Shown here piece by piece: positions 37,726 through 47,185 of a stretch of DNA of 52,889 nucleotides; the first letter of the stretch is position 1, and the number at the start of each line of letters is the position of its first letter. Source of the stretch: a virus. Lineage: Duplodnaviria; Caudoviricetes. Both the position numbers and the translations under genes were made by a program. Location: IMG/VR virus record IMGVR_UViG_3300009082_000023, positions 1-52,889 of that record, one strand, 5' to 3'. The notes under the pieces were generated by a model that worked only from the letters and a program-made list of their open reading frames with translations, ran no database searches and was not told where the DNA came from.

Positions 37726-38589
37726 TTAATCTTTTAAGGTTTCCATCAAATCTGTAAACTTCTTGCGATCTGCTGGAGTGATTTTCGGGTCTTTGAGTTT
37801 TTCAATACAGTCAGCTTTCGTTCTCGGCTCACCACCTGTTGTTGTCGTTGTGGTTGATTGATTGCCGGATGAACTTCTTTGCTGTGCCGTTGGATATTCA
37901 AAATACTTATCGGAAATAGACTTCTCATACTCTTCAAAAGTCACGGTATTGCCGTGCGAGTCTCTCATCACGTTACCATCCTTATCAAGGACTATTGGTG
38001 TTCCGTCTTCGGACTCCTGGTAATTACCAGCTCTCAATTCATTCAGATAAGTCTCCTTCCATACCTGAGCCTTCTTCGGGTCGGACGGAAGTATTGGTTT
38101 GCGTGCCTCTAAGTTGACAAGTGCCTTATCTTTAATCTTCTCAAACAGCTTCTCTTTGCCAAATTCCTTCTCACGTGCCTCCAATTTGTCCTTCCACTCT
38201 TTATCCCTCGCCTTCAGCTGCTTATCAATAGAAGCCTCTAAAGCAATGAAGTCAGGATGTTTCTTTATATCCTTCGGGTTAGCGGCCACTGATTCTGTCT
38301 TTTGCTTAACAATAGACTCTACTAACTCTACTCCAATGAGATCAGATTCAACTTCATACTTCTCCTTGAGTTCTTTCTCCAGCTTTTCGGCACCTTCCTT
38401 TATGCCTCGGTTACGCTGTTGAGTTTTCTCAGTTGTGAATTTAGACATCCGTAATTCGTCTGCTTTTACAACAACAGATAAGTCTGTCAAATCTCCGGCC
38501 TCGTTATAGAGTGTGGCCAACTGCTCCGCATCCAGTTTATAGACTTTGGATAGTGTCTCATTTAATTTAGTCTGCTCTTCAGCCTTCAT
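37726..38589 (-). CDS. capsid scaffolding protein
   Basis: highly charged coiled coil with a low-complexity C-terminal linker, directly before the capsid gene. Confidence 0.7.
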   Translation of the reverse strand: MKAEEQTKLNETLSKVYKLDAEQLATLYNEAGDLTDLSVVVKADELRMSKFTTEKTQQRNRGIKEGAEKLEKELKEKYEVESDLIGVELVESIVKQKTESVAANPKDIKKHPDFIALEASIDKQLKARDKEWKDKLEAREKEFGKEKLFEKIKDKALVNLEARKPILPSDPKKAQVWKETYLNELRAGNYQESEDGTPIVLDKDGNVMRDSHGNTVTFEEYEKSISDKYFEYPTAQQRSSSGNQSTTTTTTGGEPRTKADCIEKLKDPKITPADRKKFTDLMETLKD

Positions 38590-38767
38590 TCTTTTTTACT
38601 TTTATTTTCTTCAAATCCTTAGGTATCTCTGTTGAAATTACAGGGCGCGATCTCAAATCCGTAACCGTGAACCGCTTCAGTATCTCAGGCTTACGAACCA
38701 GTAATGCAAACTCTTCCTCACTCAATATCTGCACATAACCCGTCTTCTTTGACTTTATCTCTTTCAT
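38579..38767 (-). CDS. small basic hypothetical protein
   Basis: ORF coupled to neighbours. Confidence 0.55.
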   Translation of the reverse strand: MKEIKSKKTGYVQILSEEEFALLVRKPEILKRFTVTDLRSRPVISTEIPKDLKKIKVKKNEG

Positions 38768-39135
38768 TTCTTACGCTTTACTGTTTTCCTAACCACTTTC
38801 TTTACAGGTTCCGGCCCCGGTTCCTTTATCGGTTCATCAGGAACAGGTTGAGTCGTGACTGCCTCAATAGGAGCCGTCGATGATACATTGTCTCCGGGAT
38901 ATTCAACAGGTACTTTCTCAGGAATAGGTTCAATCTTCGGACGTATCTCATCCAATACCGGAACAATCACTTTCTTTGGGGGGCTAAGCAGTTCCTTTGG
39001 TGTGTTACGAAATGTCTTATCCGAAGCCAATACTGCCCCGAAATGCTTCGTTATATCTTGAACAAGACTCTCCGACACCATACGAGTCGTGCCATTAGGC
39101 ATGATTACTTCTACTCTGTCAGTTCTTTTTGGCAT
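38764..39135 (-). CDS. Pro-rich protein with basic tail
   Basis: ORF after an intergenic motif region. Confidence 0.55.
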   Translation of the reverse strand: MPKRTDRVEVIMPNGTTRMVSESLVQDITKHFGAVLASDKTFRNTPKELLSPPKKVIVPVLDEIRPKIEPIPEKVPVEYPGDNVSSTAPIEAVTTQPVPDEPIKEPGPEPVKKVVRKTVKRKK

Positions 39136-39200
39136 AACTAAAATTTTCGTTAAATTACTATATCATCAAAAAATACATACAAACATCTCGTTAAATTAGA

Positions 39201-40154
39201 CTACTCCGCAAGTTCAGGACGCATCTTAAACGCCAAATCATCAGGAATCCAGCCCAGAGAGTGACGGCAGTTATATCCGCCCCGGTCAATAAGCGGATCA
39301 TAACCCGGATAACCCATATACGAAGGCACGGCGTAAACATCTTTCTGCTTTATCTCATAACCTGCTGGATATTCACCTTTAGAAGGTGTCCACTCCGGCC
39401 ATTCTTTTGCCTCCTCTACGCTCCAGACCTTATTATTATGTGCAGCGCAAAAATCCCGGCTGTCCTTAATCAGTCCCCCCTGATAAATAAAGTACTTAAA
39501 CCCGAACTCATTACCGAGAGTCTTATTATAAGCCGCATCATATTGCTGGTACAAATCGTAAGCAAACCGCTGATACTGTCTCTCCATGACCCCGGCCTTC
39601 TGATCCACACCCGTAATCTTATCCCTGAGAAGATCAATAAACTCCTTGCGATCCATACCCGAGGACACGGCCTTAGAGGTCATCTCCTTTAACTCTGTTC
39701 CTATGGTATTGGAATTAAAAAAAGACTCCAGAAATCCACCCCTGATAAACTTACCTCCTTTTAATCCTATTCGTAAGTCAATGAGTTCATTTGCTGTGGT
39801 CACAACTTTATCAAACCTTGCAGGCAAATCGCCTGACAATACTATCTTAAAATAATCCACTGACAACTCAGCAATCTTACCCGTGGCCTTAACTATCTGA
39901 TCAGCGATAACAGGATTAACCCCGGAAGCAAATCCTTTATAGATTTTGTCAATAGAAGATATGAGCCGATAGTTCTTTGCCGTCTCCTGAATAACCCCGT
40001 CCTTAATGTCAAGTTCTGGGATCAGCTCTTTAAGTACATCAGCAAGCAACCGGGACTGTGACCTTACAACAGAGGACTCCAGCTTACTTCTGGCAGCATC
40101 CAGGTACTCGTCTTTCTTCTTTAATATGTCTGCAATTCTGCGAGGTATTCTCAT
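39201..40154 (-). CDS. minor capsid/head morphogenesis protein (MuF/gp7-like)
   Basis: Y.G....DSRDFC...GGYNCRH. Confidence 0.8.
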   Translation of the reverse strand: MRIPRRIADILKKKDEYLDAARSKLESSVVRSQSRLLADVLKELIPELDIKDGVIQETAKNYRLISSIDKIYKGFASGVNPVIADQIVKATGKIAELSVDYFKIVLSGDLPARFDKVVTTANELIDLRIGLKGGKFIRGGFLESFFNSNTIGTELKEMTSKAVSSGMDRKEFIDLLRDKITGVDQKAGVMERQYQRFAYDLYQQYDAAYNKTLGNEFGFKYFIYQGGLIKDSRDFCAAHNNKVWSVEEAKEWPEWTPSKGEYPAGYEIKQKDVYAVPSYMGYPGYDPLIDRGGYNCRHSLGWIPDDLAFKMRPELAE

Positions 40155-40386
40155 TTCGTTTCTCGTAGTTCAAATCAATGAATGACTCCCTCATCCGGGA
40201 GACGGTGACAATAGCCACGTTAATATCGTAAGGCTCTTTTACAAAAGCATAGTAACGTTCAATGGCCTGCTTTAGAGTTATCGTAGGTACAAGGTCTTTT
40301 TGAGCCTCTACCCAAAATAGTAAGGCAATAGACTCAAAGTTCTTTTTATACAGCCTATGGATCGGTCTATTTATGTCTGCAGTCAT
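40084..40386 (-). CDS. hypothetical protein
   Basis: ORF overlapping both neighbours. Confidence 0.45.
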   Translation of the reverse strand: MTADINRPIHRLYKKNFESIALLFWVEAQKDLVPTITLKQAIERYYAFVKEPYDINVAIVTVSRMRESFIDLNYEKRNENTSQNCRHIKEERRVPGCCQK

Positions 40387-41023
40387 AATATCTTTGTCTT
40401 TCGTTAAACTTACCTAACTCACCGAGTTCATATTTGCGCCTCATCCGTGTAGAGGTTTTCTTTAAAGTTGCTGATCCGATATGATCCACCTGAACACTCG
40501 TGAATAGTGCGTGCTTTATCCCTGCCGTCTTTATCTGCTCCCCATAGAGGTTATCCGAGAACCAAAAGGTCATTGTCTCATCTAGTTTGCCAATAGCATC
40601 CAAAACGGTACGGTCAATAAATATACACCAGCCGTTAAGGATAGCCCCTATGGCATAACCTTCGTACATCATTCCGTCTTTCTGAACAGGTGTTCCAACC
40701 GAGTAAGCCGAAGCTGAGTGATAGCCATTCATTCGCATCAAATCCCCTATCTTTGACCACCCCGGACGGAAGATCAGATCATTGTTTGCCAATATGTAAA
40801 TATCACCTTTGACGTGTTTAAGCCCTAAATTCAATGCACGGTTATAATTAAACTCCCCATTGTACTGAATGAACTTATCTACGCCTTTATATTTGTAAGG
40901 ATTGCCCGTCTCAATAAGTATCACATCGACGTTACCCTCAGCCCGAGCAGAGTCAATGCACCGTTGCGTTACCGGTGTCAGTATCGGTGTACTCTTTGAT
41001 ACTATGATGAGGTCATAAGTCAT
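40367..41023 (-). CDS. GT2-like glycosyltransferase in the head module
   Basis: FNYNRALNLG, LANND, IGKLDE...WFSD. Confidence 0.85.
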   Translation of the reverse strand: MTYDLIIVSKSTPILTPVTQRCIDSARAEGNVDVILIETGNPYKYKGVDKFIQYNGEFNYNRALNLGLKHVKGDIYILANNDLIFRPGWSKIGDLMRMNGYHSASAYSVGTPVQKDGMMYEGYAIGAILNGWCIFIDRTVLDAIGKLDETMTFWFSDNLYGEQIKTAGIKHALFTSVQVDHIGSATLKKTSTRMRRKYELGELGKFNERQRYYDCRHK

Positions 41024-41202
41024 TTACAAGTATTAGGTTGGTCTCTTAGAATTTCTATTAGAATTTCTTCGGCCAGTAATTTGCGCCCCTTCCAAAAAAA
41101 TTCTGCATTTGGTTGAAAACATTCAGGATATTTTTTGACATTTTTTAATGTTATACAAGCAATGTCAATCTCATTTCTAACACAATGTTCAATTGCATTC
41201 AT
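41020..41202 (-). CDS. small hypothetical protein
   Basis: ATGA-coupled on both sides. Confidence 0.45.
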   Translation of the reverse strand: MNAIEHCVRNEIDIACITLKNVKKYPECFQPNAEFFWKGRKLLAEEILIEILRDQPNTCK

Positions 41203-41813
41203 AATACATATTCTTTAGTTGGTGTGCTTTGGTTTATTCCTATATGTCGCATCTCTAAATCCAGAAGATAACAAGGGTGATAAGCATGACGAAGGAAATA
41301 CTTACCTATCATTGAGTCACCGCATTTCAGATGTTTAAACTCCATGCAAAGCCTCTCACAAATTGAGTACGGTATCATCTGAAAAGCCCCGCCGGTATGA
41401 GTCGTCAGCTTCACGGGATAGTCATTGATAACACCTTCGGTAAGCACTTCAGGTGCATAAGCCCTGTCAAGATTCAGATCAATGGGCGAACAGACATAAT
41501 TCCTGCTATATTCATAAAAACCCAGCATCTTATTAATAATGTCATCTGTCACCGTTTCAATGTCGTTGTCCAGCTTCAGGATAAAGTCATAACCTTTCAG
41601 TTGTTTGACAGCATCCCTGAATGCGTAAGCTATCCCGAAGTTGCGCCCCAAAAGAATGCGGTTGAAGTCCTTTAGGTATTCCTGCGTCCCATCCGTCGAT
41701 CCATTGTCAATGAACAAATGATAATCTACCGAAGTCTTATCATAAAAACTTTCAACTGTCTTTTTAGTTAAGTCCAATCGGTTATATGTTATCGTAACAG
41801 CGGCGACTGTCAT
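41199..41813 (-). CDS. GT2 glycosyltransferase in the head module
   Basis: ITYNR, IDNGSTDGT, KLDND. Confidence 0.88.
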   Translation of the reverse strand: MTVAAVTITYNRLDLTKKTVESFYDKTSVDYHLFIDNGSTDGTQEYLKDFNRILLGRNFGIAYAFRDAVKQLKGYDFILKLDNDIETVTDDIINKMLGFYEYSRNYVCSPIDLNLDRAYAPEVLTEGVINDYPVKLTTHTGGAFQMIPYSICERLCMEFKHLKCGDSMIGKYFLRHAYHPCYLLDLEMRHIGINQSTPTKEYVL

Positions 41814-41952
41814 ACAGATATTAATTTTATCAATATCTTATATTTCAATTTTGTTCTTATCCACCAAATCCAAAGAGGATGAATCTTAATAAGTAATTCC
41901 CCTTTATTTTCTGAGGGAATAGATTTCATATACCATTTCAATTTAGCCATAA

Positions 41953-42555
41953 TTACAGGTCATACCCTCCTTTACCGGGCAAATGCAAAACGTAATACTC
42001 CCCCCCTTCAATTTTACGATAGTTCGGATACCTTCGCAGCTCCTGAACGAAATAGTAGTCGTGTGCATAGCCTGAGTGTTTCCAACGTACCGGAAGGGCT
42101 TGCCGGTGACAGATATTACTCGTACCGTGCCTTCCTATCTTCGTAATATCGCAGGGGTTTTGATACCAACGCCCGGACTTTGGCATATAACGGACGTCAT
42201 CAAACCACACCCAGTCACTCTCTCCTATCTGCTCTGCTATTCTTTGCAGATGATTCTCACCCCAGATGTCGTCAATATCCAAGTAAACAATATACTCTCC
42301 CTCCGCCTCCTCAATTCCTTTGTTACGAGGTTCGCCAGACCATAACGGCGACTTAGGAATAAGAAACGTCCGCACCTCCATACCCCGAAGCAAGTCCACG
42401 GTCTTTTGACAGCCATCAGCAACAACAATGATCTCAAAGTCTTTAAACGTCTGTTTGAATACCGAACCTATTGCCCGGAATATCTTATTCTCCCTATCCC
42501 GTGCTGCATTTGGATAAGGTGCGAGTAACGAAGGTATGACGACTGTAAACTTCAT
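41953..42555 (-). CDS. GT2 glycosyltransferase directly after the portal gene
   Basis: SVFKQTFKDFEIIVVADG, RNKG, YLDIDD. Confidence 0.9.
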   Translation of the reverse strand: MKFTVVIPSLLAPYPNAARDRENKIFRAIGSVFKQTFKDFEIIVVADGCQKTVDLLRGMEVRTFLIPKSPLWSGEPRNKGIEEAEGEYIVYLDIDDIWGENHLQRIAEQIGESDWVWFDDVRYMPKSGRWYQNPCDITKIGRHGTSNICHRQALPVRWKHSGYAHDYYFVQELRRYPNYRKIEGGEYYVLHLPGKGGYDL

Positions 42556-44315
42556 TGGAAATTAATTGCTTCAATTGGTTCCGGTGTCTCGTCTTTTATT
42601 GTCTGAATGTACTCCGCTGTCTTTGCTTTCACTAATTCAAGTATCTTCTTGTAAGCCAAATCAAACAGCCACGGGTTCTGATTCTCTGCCTCCAAGTCCT
42701 GAAAGATACTCTCAAAGTTTTCCCACAAAGTCCTGTTATACAGAGGCACGTTGTTTTGTGAAATGATAAACCGAATATCAGCCTCAGTGTATCCCCGGAA
42801 CGGATTAATCAAATTCTTGATCTTCATCTCCTTCAGCTCATCCGGGCGGTCTGAATACAGTATCTCGTTTATGTCATCTTCAATAGCTGATATAGTTGAC
42901 GTGGAAGCCCCAGCATCTTTAGCAGCTTTCAGCTCTGTCATCAGCTCCTGAAGTCCTTTCATCTTAAAGTCATTTGGGAACTTATGCTGAACCTCCAGCC
43001 CCTCTCTCAGATCCGTAAACGTGGCAATGTCCATAACGACAAACTCCCATACTGAAGAGTAATGTCGGGCAAAAGGATACAGGGTGTCATTCATATTATC
43101 TGTCTCCAGTATCTTCTCCGTAGCCGTCACTGATACCTCCTCTCGGGTAAACAGATCAGCGTTGAACATCATTGCATGGACAGACTTCTTAAGATACTCA
43201 ATATAATCCTGCTGAAAAGTCAGTAGCTCAATCGGAGGTGCTTTATAGACAAGCATATTATCAAGGGCTATCATCTGTGCCGGGTCTTTAGGCAATGCAA
43301 GTGTTATCATGTCCATCGTCCCCCGGTGCATAGGCTGAACACCCGTTCCCCCGCACACCTCACACATAGAACCGTCAGGCAAATAACCCTTGTTACACTC
43401 TCTCACAGTACACGGAGTCACATAAGCAAACCTCTGCGGGAAAGCTGTCATGGCCGTACTCAAATCCAGCTCAGAGTCAATCTTTAGTGTCTTTTCAAGG
43501 TAAGCCAGCACGGAATGAAACACTGATACAAACGTCCTGCCCTTAGTCTCGGTATCCCTGTTAAACCCGAACCTCACAGCCGGTACTTTCTCATTCTTTG
43601 GCTCGTAATATGTTATCTTGTAGTATTTCTTATCAATTTCTACGTACTCACCGTCCTTTATAGGGCTGTTATACTCGCTCTCCCCAACCTGAACAAGCTC
43701 CACGGTATCCATACCCAGATACATAGTATATTTGAATCCGTCCTGCTCAGTTTCTTTCTCAATGAACTTTATCGGTAGTTTCACAACAAGATATTCAAGT
43801 ATCTCATTCCGGTATTGAAACATTATAGCCTCTGCTGATGTGGCAATGAACGGATACGGCTGTGCTTTCTCTTTGATAGGATTGAATGTGTCAAACTCGG
43901 TTATCAGGAAAGCATTAGGATCGGTGTAGTTGTAATCAATGAAAGCATATTCAAGGAACTTCTCCAGCGACTTGTCACCCCAATACTTTGCAATGAAATC
44001 TTCCAGTTCCTGTTTCTTGTCAGTATCTGCAAAGTCAATCTTTCGGACAATAGGCTGTTTGCGTGAAGCCTTTTGAAATGGTAGCTTCGTAGAGTTCAGT
44101 ATCGCAGGACAGACCGACTTGGTTATGTTTGTCCGTTGTTTGAACTCATCCTCTGTCTCCCTGGTTATTATCCGTGCGAGTAGGTCTTCAATACCTTTAC
44201 CGGTAAATAGCTTGAAATACTTGTCTGCCAAATCAGTTACCCTATCGTAATCCTGATGTGTCAAGTTATCCTTGACAATCCCCTTCAATAACTCCAGCCC
44301 TTCAATTTTATCCAT
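42552..44315 (-). CDS. portal protein (with a DnaJ-type Zn-finger insert)
   Basis: 587 aa, helical, after terL; CTVRECNKG...CEVCGGTG. Confidence 0.75.
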   Translation of the reverse strand: MDKIEGLELLKGIVKDNLTHQDYDRVTDLADKYFKLFTGKGIEDLLARIITRETEDEFKQRTNITKSVCPAILNSTKLPFQKASRKQPIVRKIDFADTDKKQELEDFIAKYWGDKSLEKFLEYAFIDYNYTDPNAFLITEFDTFNPIKEKAQPYPFIATSAEAIMFQYRNEILEYLVVKLPIKFIEKETEQDGFKYTMYLGMDTVELVQVGESEYNSPIKDGEYVEIDKKYYKITYYEPKNEKVPAVRFGFNRDTETKGRTFVSVFHSVLAYLEKTLKIDSELDLSTAMTAFPQRFAYVTPCTVRECNKGYLPDGSMCEVCGGTGVQPMHRGTMDMITLALPKDPAQMIALDNMLVYKAPPIELLTFQQDYIEYLKKSVHAMMFNADLFTREEVSVTATEKILETDNMNDTLYPFARHYSSVWEFVVMDIATFTDLREGLEVQHKFPNDFKMKGLQELMTELKAAKDAGASTSTISAIEDDINEILYSDRPDELKEMKIKNLINPFRGYTEADIRFIISQNNVPLYNRTLWENFESIFQDLEAENQNPWLFDLAYKKILELVKAKTAEYIQTIKDETPEPIEAINFQ

Positions 44316-44895
44316 TATCTTTAATATTTATCATCCAACAACCTTCAAAATCATAATCCTTAATAACATCATCACCAAATATCTCGTCAACAGCACCTAT
44401 CACCCCCGGATATGTAGGTATGTAATCATGTCCGGCAATTACACCCCGAACCTTTGGCAGCCATGCCAGTATGTCGGCCTTCACATTCTCATAGTCGTGT
44501 GCCGCATCAATAAATACAAGGTCAATAGACTTATCTGCAAACCTATCTGATGCTTCTGTACTCTTTGCCACGATCAAATCATACTGATAAGGCTTCAGGT
44601 TATTCTTAAATACGGTAAGTAGCCCCTCGCTCTGCCCCTCAAAATGATCAACGCCTGTTATATTAAATTGCTTGCCTGCCCGTGAAGACGTCTCTATCAG
44701 GTAAATAAGCGACTGCCCTTCAAGTAACCCGACCTCTACGAACACGCTCCCTGAAGGGAACCTGTCAATCATGTCCTTATAAAACGTGGGCCATGTAAAG
44801 AATCCGTTAACCATTATAAAAGTTTTTAAAAAGTTCCACTGCCTCATATTCAAATAGATCCCCGAAGTGTCCATACTTCTGATACTTCTCTCCAC
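44308..44895 (-). CDS. class I SAM-dependent methyltransferase (Methyltransf_24-like); true start probably near 44814
   Basis: VEVG...G.S, DLVFIDAAHDYENVKADI..W, GHDY. Confidence 0.85.
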   Translation of the reverse strand: MERSIRSMDTSGIYLNMRQWNFLKTFIMVNGFFTWPTFYKDMIDRFPSGSVFVEVGLLEGQSLIYLIETSSRAGKQFNITGVDHFEGQSEGLLTVFKNNLKPYQYDLIVAKSTEASDRFADKSIDLVFIDAAHDYENVKADILAWLPKVRGVIAGHDYIPTYPGVIGAVDEIFGDDVIKDYDFEGCWMINIKDNG

Positions 44896-46291
44896 TATCG
44901 GGATCGGTAACTATATGCTTATCTTTACCCCCGTCAATCCCCTGCTTACAATACATCAGGTCATTGATCAGATGAACACATCTTTTGTCAATGATAACAT
45001 TAATAGGGAGCTTACCTTCAAACATACGATTCACAAAGTCCCTGCGCAATACAACTGAGGGATTTGCTATTAAAGTCCGGTCGCTCCCGTTAAACAGATA
45101 TTTCCTTAGTTTAAATTCAATGACTTCATAATGATGAGAGAAATCCTTGTTCATTGTTGAGCGGTTATGGCCGGAAGCATCACCGTAAAATAATAATCCT
45201 GCTTTATGATTAGGATAACGCTTTATAAACTCATCACAGACCTCTTCTGTTGAGTTATGAGGGTTTATAAGGGCTATCTCGTCAATCCATCGCCAGTCCC
45301 ATGTCCGTACTCCGTTAGTTATCTTTGACTCTTTTATTTGTGCTATCCCTGCTGAGTTGTAAGGTACTGAGTTCTGATCAAATGAAATGTGAATCGGAAG
45401 CGACGGATCATATTTAACATCGCCTACGTGTTTAAATCTACTGAATGAACTGTAAAACTCTCCACCGGTTGTTGCAAAAGGATTGCCATAAACAAGAGCT
45501 TTTCCTCTTTCATCACTATTATTAGCAAGAATATTATTTATGTAGTTAATCCCTACATTATGAACATTATGGTAAGTAGAACTTATTACAACCTTTTTAT
45601 TTCCAAACTCTTTTTCAAAAAACGTTTTATCTGAATATATTTTCGCACTTATTTCATCTATATATTTATCAAGTTCAAACATCTCATTGATCCAGTCCAC
45701 ACGAGCAGGAGACGTAAGACAATAAAGCGGATTGTATTGTTCTTCTGATTTACCAATATGGCTTAGTTTGCCATTAACCATATATATTCCCGGCTGTCTA
45801 AGTCGTGTTAATATAACCTCCTTAAGTGCTTCTTCTTTAGTATCTTTTGTTTCATCAAGTAAGCAAAACCCAAACTCCTTCCCACTATGACTCATGTAAT
45901 TGTCCAGCGACCCGGTAAATATTAAACCACCATTACAAAATGATATTATATTATTGAACCGGTCAAAGTTACGTCTACATTTAACCCAGGTAGAGGGAGG
46001 TTCACTTCCTGAAACATAAGTGCCATTAGGATTTTCTTTATTCCATTCCGTTATTCCTACACTTGCCCAATACTCACGTATTCTAAACAATGTACTGGTA
46101 TTAAGCTGGTCATACGTATTGCTAAATATAGCCCCCATTACTTCAGAAAAGTTCTTTATATAATAAATTGAAATAATACCACCTATAAATGTTTTTCCTG
46201 ATCCAGTGCCGGCCATGAATAGATTATTTGCTACTGTACTGGTGAGCATTGCCATTTGAGGTTTAGATACTATTTGTTCAATAGCTTCCAT
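44807..46291 (-). CDS. terL: terminase large subunit
   Basis: AGTGSGKT Walker A, LLDE Walker B, SFD and YGD.SG RNase H-like nuclease motifs, H..D. Confidence 0.92.
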   Translation of the reverse strand: MEAIEQIVSKPQMAMLTSTVANNLFMAGTGSGKTFIGGIISIYYIKNFSEVMGAIFSNTYDQLNTSTLFRIREYWASVGITEWNKENPNGTYVSGSEPPSTWVKCRRNFDRFNNIISFCNGGLIFTGSLDNYMSHSGKEFGFCLLDETKDTKEEALKEVILTRLRQPGIYMVNGKLSHIGKSEEQYNPLYCLTSPARVDWINEMFELDKYIDEISAKIYSDKTFFEKEFGNKKVVISSTYHNVHNVGINYINNILANNSDERGKALVYGNPFATTGGEFYSSFSRFKHVGDVKYDPSLPIHISFDQNSVPYNSAGIAQIKESKITNGVRTWDWRWIDEIALINPHNSTEEVCDEFIKRYPNHKAGLLFYGDASGHNRSTMNKDFSHHYEVIEFKLRKYLFNGSDRTLIANPSVVLRRDFVNRMFEGKLPINVIIDKRCVHLINDLMYCKQGIDGGKDKHIVTDPDSGEKYQKYGHFGDLFEYEAVELFKNFYNG

Positions 46292-46304
46292 TAAATAGCC
46301 ATTC

Positions 46305-46409
46305 TTAATTTTCTTTTAATCCATTTGATATATTTAAAGCACTTCCAATATAAATTCTTTCGGGCTTTATAATTGATTGTATCTTATATATCCCGCTTGT
46401 CTTAATCAA
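46305..46409 (-). pseudogene. GIY-YIG homing endonuclease remnant
   Basis: translates to LIKTSGIYKIQSIIKPERIYIGSALNISNGLKEN*. Confidence 0.75.
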
Positions 46410-46791
46410 TCTTTGCTTTTATTATTATATCCGGTAATTGCTGAATATTTACATTATGATCTATCTCTTGTTTATCTGACCATTTCATATTCTTTAAAGC
46501 AAATATAGATCCAGTTGCGTTTCCAGTTTGAAGATTTTTCTCATAAACCATTTCAATTCTTAGCCTTGCTCTTTTTATTGTGTAAGAAAACTCTACATTT
46601 TCTTCATAGTCATAAAATGATTGACGGCTTTCAAATCCGAGATAATATGCAAGTCCGCAAATAGTCTTTTTCTCTCTCTTGATCTTGAAATAAGAATCAA
46701 TCCTGCTTTGTAATACCGTTGCAGTATCAAAGAGAGCTGGTCTCCCTCCTGTATTGCCTAATGCGTTCTTATTCCCTTTTGGTGCTGCCAT
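46402..46791 (-). CDS. terS: terminase small subunit (P22 gp3-like)
   Basis: MAAPKGNKNA..GRP, T..GL...LG, IFALKN..W.D; upstream of terL. Confidence 0.85.
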   Translation of the reverse strand: MAAPKGNKNALGNTGGRPALFDTATVLQSRIDSYFKIKREKKTICGLAYYLGFESRQSFYDYEENVEFSYTIKRARLRIEMVYEKNLQTGNATGSIFALKNMKWSDKQEIDHNVNIQQLPDIIIKAKID

Positions 46792-47185
46792 ATTAATACT
46801 AAATAGTATTATACCTATTTATCCTTTATTAAGTCAAAAAAAACTATTTCTTAGGCGGTATCTTCTTTCCCCCGCACTTACACTTAGATTCAACTGTCAG
46901 TTTACGCATATCGGATATTTTAAAAGTATGTTAATATGTTCTAATCTTATTGTGATTCGCTCCCACACCCTGATCATCAACTCATCAACTTCTCTGTCTG
47001 TTAAAGTCATTTAACTAATTCTTTCGTTAAATAATTCTGCAATTTAATAAATAATATTTCAAAATACAAAAATATTTATTAACATCATAATACTGTGTTC
47101 GGTGCTTCCGATAACCCGATAGTCTTTATCCCGGTCATCTCTTCATCCTCTTTAAGCTCCTCATCCAATTCCAGAACAAGCGGTA

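Noticed and set aside
46808-46837. Sigma70-like TTGACT-N18-TATAAT promoter before terS
   Set aside because: The context is very AT-rich and other promoters are Bacteroidota-type, so it cannot be distinguished from chance.
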